Shown: piece by piece, positions 25,786-37,149 of the stretch
How positions within the stretch are numbered: position 1 is the stretch's first letter
How the letters are laid out: each line of letters opens with the position of its first letter
Assembly (NCBI RefSeq): GCF_009914755.1
Contig: NC_060931.1
Source of the DNA: the human T2T-CHM13v2.0 reference genome, Homo sapiens
Length of the DNA: 64,000 nt
Reading direction: 5' to 3' (one strand)
Translations under genes and position numbers: made by a program
The notes under the pieces: model-generated
The model's database searches: none
Seen by the model: the letters and a program-made list of their open reading frames with translations, nothing else
Told to the model about the DNA's origin: nothing

Positions 25786-27106
25786 GCATATCAAAATGTC
25801 AGTCTTCATATATGTAAAATGAGGATAATGATCAGATTAAAATATATAGTCCATATAAAGCAGAAAATGTGTCACATTTTCTGAAACACAAAAAGGGCTC
25901 AATAATTGATACTTATGTCTATTTTAATCCTTTTTCATTTGTATCTATCACTTCCTACAGGAAATAGAAATTTATGTTGGCATTGAGAGATCTGTTCCTT
26001 CTCAGAGTCCCCATACCAGGTTCCATGAAAATCACCTCTCAACTATCTGAAAGTCACGGCCTCTCTTATACCTTCATGGAGATTGTAGGGAAGTATAAAG
26101 TAATAAAACCATAATCATTTTAAGAGTTTGGATATTGTAATTTGTGATGTCTGCCTCATGTTTATGACCCTTGAGATCTGTGAAAGCTTGTGCAGAAATA
26201 GTGTGATGCCATCATCTGCCCTGCCTGGTCCTGATAATTTTCCTGTAAGGACAATCAGAAAATCTTTGTTCTCCTCCAGAGAGAAGATCCGGAGATCTTC
26301 CCTATACTCCTTAGAGAGAAGACAAATAAGTATATATTATTATCCTCCTGGGAATTTAATTCTCAATAGAAACTCAAGAATGTTTTTATTCATCTGATTC
26401 TAAAATAAAAGCTATGCTCCTGGAGTTAGCTAAAGAAACTTCAGTGAGTCCAGTGAATCTGTCTGTATCTGGGATTTAATCCTATGAAGGCTTCCAGAGG
26501 GAGTAGGAGTCTATATTCATTTTAGCGGTATGTGTCTCATCTCTGTAGGGTTTATTCTAGGTCAAAATATTATCCTGAGGAAAAGTCTAGTGCTAACATC
26601 TCCTTATATAGAAGACATTCATTTCTGCTGGGAGGTGTTTTCCTGTATAGGTAGTTGAACTAGAGCTGGATGACTGCAGAAATCACCGTGGCTATGCTGG
26701 AAGAACAACATCCCTGGGTGACTTTCCCTCCTGAATCAAAGTGTAGATTGCAGGTAGTTGGAATACACACCAATGTCCCTCTCCTCCTCCCAGGGAACGT
26801 CTTCCTGCTCTGCTGTGAACAGGGGTCCCAAGGCTCCCCCAGCATCTCTCGCACCATCACCTGCCAATGTCCCTTGATGGTGGAGGTCAGAGCTAGCCCC
26901 ATTGTCTCAATGAGAAGGAGCTCAGAGAAGGAGGGGCTTTGTATCCAGGTCTCTGAATAAGGCTTTGAAATAGCCAAATTAATGCAAGGACTCTATACAT
27001 TACCCAGCCTAAATAAAGATATACATGGCCCGGAAAACCTTTCTCAATGGAAACGAAAAATCTATCACAGTTACATTACATCTTTTTCTATCTGAAAGAG
27101 TTTAAA

Positions 27107-27114
27107 AGGTAAGT
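27107..27114 (+). promoter_or_regulatory. Candidate splice donor of a 5' non-coding exon for OR2A13P
   Basis: Consensus AG|GTAAGT, conserved at the aligned position 44055-44062. Confidence 0.5.
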
Positions 27115-27967
27115 CTGTCATAGAATTATGTCTTTGGGGGAACTATCCCAGGCTATCACTACTACTAAGAGTTGGAGAAATAGAATAAAGCACTCTAGCT
27201 GAAGAAACATTCTGGGTTGCAGGACTGCCTGGGTGGAAAATAGCTCATACTGATCAAGAAAACCTTTTATTTTCTGATCTGCTATTGTTTTATTTATTCT
27301 ATTGGAAAGGTGAAATTTTAGGCATCATCACTGTGATATTTTGTTCTCCATTCCAGTGTGTTAGCCACTTAAAGATGTTAATCTGCCTGCAATTTTATTT
27401 TTTTTAATTTTGTCTGTTTTTCAACAGCAAATGGTAAGGGTAATGACAATAAAAAGATTTATAATCCAGAAAAAATAACTAGACTAAAATATCAAGAAAC
27501 GAATGTTCCTACTGGGTAACAATAGATTGAATTATCTTCAATAATATTGTTATCCTTTATATTCAGAAATTAAATATGTTTCAGACATGAGTATTATGTC
27601 CAACTCTGTTTAATAAAGATTTTGCAATATGATGTTACTATCCCCACTTGGCGTACTATAGGAATATATCTTATTGTAACAAAATAATTTAATGCATATT
27701 TATATAGAACCCTCTTCAAATACAATGTATTTATAGAAATTTAAGAATTTGTGATTTTGCCTTTCTGTTTTATTGAGTTATTGATCTCAAAGAAACACTG
27801 CCCATGTGACTGATCCCTCTTAGGCTTAGTTTGCAAAAGTTCACAATGCTCACACATGTATCTTCAAGCTTACCTCTCAGGTTATTTTACCTCCATATGA
27901 AGTACTTGCTTCAAAAATCCATTACTCTAAAATTGTCCTCAAGCATTGATTCAAAGCCGGTATATGA

Positions 27968-28390
27968 TACTATATTTGTTTTTTACAGCTTGTGTAACAA
28001 ATTACCACAAATGTGGTTGAATAAAACAATAGAAATTCATTCTCTCACAGATCTGGAATCTAGTAAAATTTTGCTCCCTTTGGGAAACCTAAAGGAGAAC
28101 ATATTTCATCCCTCTTCCAGCATTCCTCAGTGTCTGGCCACATCTCTGTCTGCTCTGTCGTTGCATCACCTTGCCTCTGTGTGCCTTCAGCAGTTTGTTT
28201 CAAATCTCCTTCTGCCTTTATTGCATAAGAAATGTTGTCATTGGAATTAGGGCTCATCCATAAAATTCAGGATTATCTTAAGATTCTTAATCACACCTGC
28301 AAAGACCCTCTTTCAAAATAAGGCAATATTCACAGGTGCTGAGGATTAGGATAGGGATATATCTTTTGGGGGTCACCATTCAATCCACTA
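27968..28390 (-). mobile_element. MLT1 (MLT1C-like) solo LTR
   Basis: tgtaacaaattaccacaaat...aaacaatagaaattcattctctcacag...gggggtcaccattcaatccactaca. Confidence 0.85.
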
Positions 28391-28529
28391 CACATACAGT
28401 ACATTTAAGTGGGGCCATTTTATCTACAGACGCAATATAGTCCCTACCATTATGCTAATTTGAATGTATCCTTTGCAAATACTGTTTTTAATTATTTTGA
28501 CATTTCAAATAATCAAATTGTAGCTGTAA

Positions 28530-28970
28530 TGTTTTTTTAAAAAGTATAAATTATTTTTACACTTTTTTAAAAAAGTATAAATTATTTTTACACTTTTTAA
28601 AAAAAGTATAAATTATTTTTACACTTTTTCTAAAAAGTATAAATCATGTCCTGGCCAATAGACAAAAATATATATTATATATATTTACCATATATATTCT
28701 ATATGTTATATATGTATAGTTTATAGAGTATATTTAATATACATATACATGAATAACTAAATCTATAAGTAAAAATGTCATTCATCTAAGTATTATACTT
28801 TTTTTAAAAAGTATAAATCATGTCCTGGCCAATAGACAAAAATATATATTATATACATTTACTATATATATCCCATATATTTTATACATATAGTTACAGA
28901 GTATATTTAATATACATATACGTAAATAACTAAATCTATAACTAACTAAAAATGTCATTCATCTAAGTAA
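28530..28970. repeat. AT-rich minisatellite (about 30 bp x3) followed by a tandem duplication of about 172 bp
   Basis: Unit tttttaaaaaagtataaattatttttacac is repeated at 28532-28630. The segment 28624-28792 recurs at 28798-28969. Confidence 0.9.
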
Positions 28971-31109
28971 TAAGCATTTTCTGAGTGTCTACTTTTATCT
29001 ACAAGTATACTACTTATTACAAGAGATGAAGAAGTATAAGATATATTACCATTCATTATCTGGTGAAGGCATATCTCCATTCAAATAAATGACATTTGAT
29101 ATCCTTGCCCCTTCATCTTTGATTTTACCTTGAGAATTGTCTATATCGTCATAGTGAGGACATAACTCTTTTAACTGTAATGATTGACCAAGCCTATACC
29201 TTTAATATGTGCCTAAAGAGCCTACCCTTGTGCCTCTACTCTAATTTGCTAGAATAGAAAAGACTCTCTTTATAGGCCGTCTATCAAGTAGGTTTTCAAT
29301 GGGGCCTAGACAAGTTCAAGCAGGCTGCTTCCTTTCTTTTTATAGTAACTGGTTGTAAACATGCAAGAAAATCCTTCCAAGAAGAGGCTATGATTCCACT
29401 ACATTTCCCCTTCACACTTATACAATGAGGCTAGTGGATAAGCATAGTAATGACATTAGTATTTTTGAAAGATTCATATGACTTTTGCAACTTAAATATA
29501 GGCCTGCCTGAGAATTTACATTTACCTATGCCTCAAATCCTCCAAACGGATAGTCAAAATTCTCAAAATTTTATTACTGAATCCATCTGACATTCTTATG
29601 CACTAAAAAATAAAGTCAGTAACAAGTATAAACTGAAAATATATCCATCATAGAAAGAGATTTATAACTATCTGGGAGTGTGTCTGCTTTATAGAAACCT
29701 TGCCATTTGCCATGTGTGATAAAATGAAATTATATTTATACAACATTTTAAGTGCTATGTTATTGATTATTTTAAATTATTTTTTAACTTGTCATTTCTG
29801 TGTGAGTAAAGATATTATCTTTTATTTAATATATATGAAGTGTTAACTCATTCTCAATGTCATTCACCTATGAAGCAGGACTTCCCCTCAAGGCAGAAAC
29901 TGAAATTGAGAAGGAAACACTAGATTAGATAAAACATGAGAAATCTGTATTTGTTGTGCTTAATAATATATGTAGAAAGATGTCTAGGTGGGAAATCTGA
30001 AGTGCAATGTTAAGATGGTTCTTTCACATGGGACCGCATGGAACCTGGGGAGTAGCAGAAGGTTAATTTGAGATTACAGCATCATGATTGATAAATTAGA
30101 CATCCTCTTCCACTAGGAGGCATCTTACAGTGATACACCTTAATATATTTGGGATTTTTGCTTGTTTGATTTTTAGATGAGTACACAGAGATATATAAAT
30201 ACATAAATTGATTGACTTGACTGAGCACTTCTAAGTCTCAGAATTTACTATTAAAAATGTCATGAAAAAAGACAACAAATACAAACATATACATATATAA
30301 TTTAATTACTGAAGCATTATATAGCACACAATCTAATGATGAGATAATACATTAAGTCCATTAGAATATTTGTATTGAATAATAGCTGTTCAAACTATGT
30401 TTCAGAGAAATATTTTGACATGGGAAATGGTTCATGATATATGATAGAGCTAGTTAAACAAATAGCATTTTTCATATAATTTTTATAATAATGATATATA
30501 TGAAATAAACAGTAGAAAAGTATAACTGCACAATTATTTAAAATGATCACTTTTGTTTGTATGTTTCAACATGTCATCTCTTTAGTCCTTTAACTAGAGT
30601 TTCACGTTTTTCTAGGTTTTTAAAACTTCAAGTCAAAATCTCATACAAAGTAGGTATCACATTGTTTACACAAGGGTTCACACAAAATCTAAAATATTCA
30701 AGATTCTAAAATTTCTAAATAAGAATAAAAGCAGGAAAATAATATAAAACCTGATGGTTAATAAGGTAGTAGAATTACAAACATGTATTTTTCACCAAAA
30801 ATAAAATAATAAATATCAAAACCATTTTCTTCAATGCTAACACCATAAAGGAAGTCAGTTAAGTTATATTATTTTCGGAAGAATCTTGAGAATGTATTAT
30901 CCCCATAATAATTTGTATGCTTTCTCAAATTATATGCTCTTGTTTTTAATGTAGAATACCAGAAATTCATGCTATCCTCATGATAAAAATCATGATAAAA
31001 TACAAATTATCATGATAAAATATAAATTATTAAAAATCCAATAAAACCCAGATGAATATAAATATCGGCTTATAAATATAATTATTTATTAAAAATGATT
31101 ATAACTTTT

Positions 31110-32330
31110 GGAGGAAATGGCTGTTTTGTGATTGAAGTGGGGAGTATACAAAGGGAGCTTGAAACATCTGGTCATATCAGAAGGAAATAACTGCTCAAAT
31201 ATTATGGGAACATGTTAAAAAGACAGAGGAGCATGCTTAGAAGGCCTAGATATAGGAAAATTAAGCACCAAAAAATGACAACAATGAAGTACAACCCACT
31301 GAATAAAAAAATCCATGAGTCTATACTGATGGATAGATAGATGACAGATAGCAGATAGATAACAGATGATAGATAACAGATAGAGAGCAGATAGATAATA
31401 GATAGGTAAGTGAATGAAGCATTTTTTATACTAAAGTTGCCAACTAATAAATGTAAAAGCAATTATAGAGTCAGAACAACACATTTTGAATCATTATTAA
31501 TAACTGAGTTAGGCAAGATAATCAATAGATGCTAAAACTAGTGACTGAAAGGAACTAGTGAAGTGACATTATGAGGAACAAGCTACATATATAATAATTT
31601 TAATGGGTACTCCAGAAACTAATTAGGGAAAAAAAAAATCACATAATGGAGATATCTGGGAAGCACCATCTTCACCAAGTGATCCAAGTTAGCTTCACCC
31701 CAATAACAGGACAAATTAATATCATATACTTTCTCAGAACACACAGAGGAGAATACTATTTTTCCTGCGGAAAGTGAATAATTTGAACAAAAACATTGAG
31801 GAATATTGTACACTCTCAATTTGTTGGACATTATGCTAAAGAACTCTTCAAAATATCAGTGTTCAGAAAGGCACAAAAAGGCTGAGTAAATATTACAGGT
31901 ACAGGAGACTAAAGACAGATGACTTTAGATATAATGCATAATCTTGGGTTAGGTCCTAGACTGGTGTGGTTGGAGGGAGAATATTGTATATTAGAGAAAA
32001 GAAACATGTCAATATCAATATCAATATCAATATTAAACATGTCAATGTCAATATTAAATTTTCTGAATTTAATACTTATATTATGGTCAAGCTAGTGGGA
32101 ATTAGTTTTTTCTTACTAAAAGATCAGAAATTTAAAATTAAATTGGTATTATGTCTACACTTTAATCTCAACTGGTTCAAAAAATAAAAATTACATAGAG
32201 AAAGAGAATAAGACAAATAATAAATGTTAACATTTGCTGAATCTGTATGAAATTAAGTGGGAGTTCTTTGAAAACTTTGTGACACTATTTTTAAGTTTAA
32301 ATTTATTTCATAATTAAATGCTAAAAACAG
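31110..32330 (+). mobile_element. Old L1MC/MD-like 3' region containing degenerate (GATA)n at 31330-31405
   Basis: L1M 3' motifs (gccaactaataaatgtaaaag, gagttaggcaagataatcaatagatgct, gtgatccaagttagcttcacc). A paralogous copy lies at 46520-47540. Confidence 0.65.
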
Positions 32331-32476
32331 AAAGGTAATAAATCTTGGGAATTTGAAGGGGCTTATCTAATAGGAACAAACATATATAGCCTTTATCTTA
32401 GCTCATTTTCAGATAAAAACTCAAATTTTCTGACCTTTCTATCACACTTCAGTCCTTGACAGACTTCCATTAAGGA

Positions 32477-33409
32477 ATGGGAGTCAACCAATCATGGGTC
32501 ACAGAATTCATCCTGGTGGGATTCCAGCTCAGTGCCGAGATGGAAGTGCTCCTCTTTTAGATCTTCTCCCTGTTATACATCTTCAGCCTGCTGGCAAATG
32601 GCATGATCTTGGGACTCATCTGTCTGGACCACATTCTGCCTACCCCCATGTACTTCTTCCTCTCACACCTGGCCATCATTGACATGTCCTATGCTTCCAA
32701 CAATGTTCCCAAGATGTTGGCAAATCTGATGAACAAGAAAAGAACCATCTCCTTTCTTCCATGCATAATGCAGACCTATTTGTATTTCTCTTTTGCTGCT
32801 ACAGAGTGTCTGATTTTGGTGGTGATGTCCTATGATAGGTATGTGGCCATTTGCCACCCTCTCCAGTACACTGTCATCATGAGCTGGAGAGTGTGCACGA
32901 TCCTGGCTCTCACATCCTGGTCATGTGGGTTTGCCCTGTCCCTGGTACATGCAATTCTTCTTCTAAGGTTGCCGTTCTGCGGGCCCCGGGATGTGAACCA
33001 CCTCTTCTGTGAAATTCTGTCTGTCCTCAAGCTGGCCTGTTCTGACACCTGGGTTAACCAAGTGGTCATATTTGCTACCTGTGTGTTTGTCTTAGTTGGA
33101 CCTCTTTGTTTGATGCTTGTCTCCTACATGCACATCCTCTGGGCCATCCTAAAGATCCAGACAAAGGAAGGCCGCATAAAGGCCTTCTCGACCTGCTCCT
33201 CCCACCTGTGTGTGGTTGGACTCTTCTTTGGCATAGCCATGGTGGTTTACATAGTCCCAGACTCTAATCAACGAGAGGAGCAGGAGAAAATGCTGTCCCT
33301 GTTTCACAGTGTCTTGAACCCAATTCTGAACCCCCTGATCTACAGTCTGAGGAATGCTCAGGTGAAGGGCGCCCTCCACAGAGCACTGCAGAGGACGCTG
33401 TCTATGTAA
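32477..33409 (+). pseudogene. OR2A13P: OR2A subfamily pseudogene with a single nonsense codon (W28*)
   Basis: ATG at 32477 (MGVNQSWVTEFILVGF) is in frame with ORF 32603-33409. The only lesion is TAG at 32558-32560, where two paralogs have TGG. The symbol is inferred from cluster order. Confidence 0.9.
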
Positions 33410-33739
33410 GGAGTGGACAGAGTGTTAGTTGGATAGGACTTTGCTTTTAAACAAGTGGTTTGCTAAAGCAAAAACTGATAAATTTTTTTCAGTTAGAAGT
33501 TTGATATAAATATGGGAATTTTTCGAATTCTGGCTCTGAAAATACGACAAGATTACAGTGAAAAAAACAGCACATTATATTTTACACTACCTTTCCCACT
33601 GAAAACTCTATGGAGTATGAACCCAGTTTCTGGATTAAATTTTAGTGTTGAGAGTCACTTCTATTTGCAGAGTGGAAGAGATGGAAAAGCTATTTTCCTT
33701 TGGAATTTGCATCATTTTCTCAGCATTTTATTGCAAATC

Positions 33740-34570
33740 TCCCATTTTGAAAGAAAAGCAAACAAAACCCAAAGCAAGCATAAATAGATATAGATTAAAA
33801 TGTGTATAAATAAAATAGAGAAATGAAAAAGAATAAGTAAAATCAGTGAAAACAAAAGTGCTTCTTTGAAAAGGTTAACAAAATTGACAAACTTTAGCTA
33901 CATTTACCAACAAAACAGTGAAAGACTAAAATTACTAAAATTAGGGATATAGAAAACATCATTAGCAATCTTACAGGTACAGAAAGGATTATCAAAGAAC
34001 ACTGTGAACAACTCTGTGTGAACAGTTAGAAACTTACTTAAAAGGAGAAATTTTAAGAAAGTCACAATCTACCAACTCACTCAAAAATAAATAGATAATC
34101 TGAATACACTTCTAGTAAGTAAAGAAGTTGAATCAGTAATTTTAAAACTAACACCAAATAAAGTTGCCAATCACATTGCTGTAGTAACAAATACTATTTA
34201 ATTTTTAAAAGAATAATTACTACTATTTCTTCATAAAAATCTCTCAAAATAGAAGAAAATGGAACATTTCCCATCTTATTCTATGAGGCCAATATCACCT
34301 GATATCAAAAAAATCAAAGGCATCACAGGAAATAAAAACTATAGACCAATTTCTTTATGAATACAGATGCAAAATTATTCAACGAATACCAGCAAACCAA
34401 ATGCAGCAAGCATAATTACCAAGTGAGGTTTATTCAAAGAATGCAAGGTTGTTTAAACATTCAAAACTCAATGTAATAGACCATGTTAATAAAATAAAGA
34501 AAAGAAAACACATCTAATTATACATACTAAAGGCATTTGACAATTCCAAAATCCTTTCCTGACACACACA

Positions 34571-34614
<44 letters not shown>

Positions 34615-34953
34615 AGACTAGAAATACAAGGGAATTTCTTCAAACTGATAAAGGGTAGATAAGAAAACCACAACTAAAATTACAATTAACTGTTAAAGAC
34701 TGGGATGCTTTCCCCATAAGAAACATGATCAAGGAAGTCTTTTGTTGCTGCTTCTGTTCAGCATTAGACTGGAAGTTCTAGCCAGAGCAATTAAACAAGA
34801 AAAAGAAATAAAAGGCATCCAGATTGGAAAGGCATAAGGTGAAATGATCTTGTGAATAGAAAATTCTAAGGAATTTTTTAAAATCAGCTCAAACAAATAA
34901 ATTCAACAATGCTGCAGAATAAAAGTTTTGTACTCAAATATCAATTGTATTTC
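33740..34953 (+). mobile_element. L1M ORF2 fragment, continuing at about 36936-37115; (CA)n at 34562-34612
   Basis: ORF2 motifs (ttctatgaggccaatatcacc, gaagttctagccagagcaattaaacaagaaaaagaaataaaaggcatccagattggaaagg). It breaks at tcaattgtatttc and resumes at tatacaagcaatgaacaatc. Confidence 0.85.
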
Positions 34954-35340
34954 TGTCAAGAAGCTGAGCTTGAGACAGCTGAGTTTCCAAGTGTCTGAGT
35001 AACCAAGCTAAGCAACCAGCCAAAATAAAAGCAACGGTCAAGTGTTTCATCATTTACTGTGATCGCATAAGCAAGAGGTTGAACTAGAGTAAGTTCCAAC
35101 TCCCACACTGTTTCATTTATCCCTGTGGAACTGCACTGTGCAAAGGTCAGGTGGATCGATACAGAAGTAGGGATCATCTCACAGCTGAAGGATCCCCAAG
35201 CAAAAGGTCCTAATATTTTATGAGCCTGAGAATACAAGAGAGGAGAGAAGAGGGAGAGAGAAGGGGAGTAGAAACATACTAAATACTGAGTCAGAGTGGA
35301 GAAAAGGTGTCTTCAGGGTCTCCCCTTTTCCTCATAAGAT
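34954..35340 (-). mobile_element. Probable ERV LTR fragment, family not determined
   Basis: Begins with TG at the L1 breakpoint and has antisense TATA-like and poly(A)-like motifs. Composition differs from the flanking L1. Confidence 0.4.
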
Positions 35341-35629
35341 CTAGGCCAAGCTTGTCCAACCCAACTCACTCAAAACTAAATAGATAATCTGAGTAGACTT
35401 GTAATAAGTGAAGAAGTTGAATTAGTAATTTTAGAACTTACACCAAATAAGGCCATCAATCACATTGCTGTAGTGGCAAATTATACTTAATTTTAAAAGA
35501 CTAATACTATTTCTTCATAAAAATCTCTCAAAATAGGAGAAAATGGAACATTTCTCAACTTATTCTATGAGGCCAGTATCACTTGATACCAAAAAATCAA
35601 AGACATCACAGGAAATGAAAACTATATTT

Positions 35630-36240
35630 CCAAAGACCTATTGATCAACTGTTTGATGTGGCTTTCAGGGTATTCAATAATAGGGATAGGGCTGAAGAGG
35701 CTGAAAGAATCCAGCATGGCAAATGATGGGATAGACAACAAGCCCGATTGATAGCAGTCTCTGTAAGCAGCGCCCTGCAACCTCAGGGTCACCCAGGGGG
35801 ATGCTTCACCCACAGATCAAAAAAGCCTAATAGCAAACCTGCAGGTAATGGCTGCTACTTTAAGTGTGGGAAGCCAGGACATTAGAGCAAGAACTATCCC
35901 AGTCAGGGCAGCCCACCCAACCCTGTTCTCACTGCAGGCAGGCGGGTCATTGGAAAAGGGATTGTCCTGAGCTGTGAAGGAAGAAGACACTTTATGCCAT
36001 AATGGCCCTAACTGAGGACTGGCGGCCATAACTGAGGACTGGAGGGTCCAGAGGTTCCTAGCGACTCCCACAAAAGGCATAGTAAGGAGTCTTGACTGAT
36101 TGTTAACATGACAGGTAAGAATATTAATTTCTTAATTGATATGGGGGCCAGTTACTCTGTCCTAAATGGCCACTCTGGGTTCTTATCCTCCAAAAACTGT
36201 ACTGTCATCGGTGTTGATGGCACCCTAAAATCAAAGATTA
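35630..36240 (+). mobile_element. ERV1-type gag-pro remnant
   Basis: Gag zinc knuckle CSHCRQAGHWKRDCP at 35924-35968 and protease motif FLIDMGASYSVL at about 36129-36164. Confidence 0.85.
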
Positions 36241-37149
36241 AGCCATTTTTCTACAAAAAAATTTTTATGTAATCAGAAAGACATTACATTTAGGTTTTGG
36301 TCAGTAAAATTCCTAATCTTCTAAAGAAACAAAATGTGTTTACATAACCTCCCATCCATTGCTGTTTGATTACTGTTTAATCATCCATATATTTGTGTCT
36401 TTATAAAGATATTGAAAGAGATGGAAGATGCTTTCAAGGTCCCTTATAAAAGTCAAAGTGTCAATTATCAGTAAATACAAAAGAAGTCTACAATTGAATG
36501 AGGTGGTAGACAGCCTGATCAAACACAGAGCACAATGAGAAGTGCTCTTTCAGGGAATTACTTCATTGAAACCACAGACCTCACCTGAGGTATGTAGTCT
36601 AAGCTGAAGTTATTTTGTCCCATCACATTAGCTGCTTAAGCCTGTCCTTTAATTGTACACTAAAATGCTCACTCACATTTGCATCTTAGCCCTAGCTCCC
36701 TCAACAATGAGATTATTTCCCACATCAGTACTGATCCATTTGATCCTCAACTGATATTATTTCATCAGAGAAAATGAAAATTGGGCAGGCCAGCACTTAC
36801 TTCTTCTTGACCTCTTGCTTATAGTATCACACAAAGTGATTAAAGGCATAAGTGTTACTTTCATTTTGGCCTGTTGTTTTAATTGTCTACTCCAACACCT
36901 GGAGGCTCACCTCTCTCTAGTCTGTCTTAACTCTCATATACAAGCAATGAACAATCCTAAATAAACTGAAGAAAAGAATCCAATTTGCAAGACTGAGAAA
37001 ATAAAATGCCTAAGAATACATCTAACAAAAAAAGAAAGACTTACATACTAAAAGCATAAAATATTGTTGACTGAAATTAAAATTTTAAGTAAATAAAAAT
37101 ACATTCCATGAACTATGAATTGGAAAACAATTGTGCAGGTTTTTGGCTT

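Larger units (their letters stand above)
25300..32476 (+). repeat. Ancient direct paralogous block: upstream of OR2A13P, homologous to upstream of OR2A3P (about 42240-47698)
   Basis: Collinear matches: 25975-26640 vs 42755-43390, 27040-27490 vs 43980-44500, 29050-30060 vs 45240-46240, 31300-32476 vs 46520-47698. Confidence 0.85.

Noticed and set aside
28530-28640. Direct repeats of about 30 bp, superficially CRISPR-like
   Set aside because: They are head-to-tail with no unique spacers, in mammalian DNA with no cas genes.
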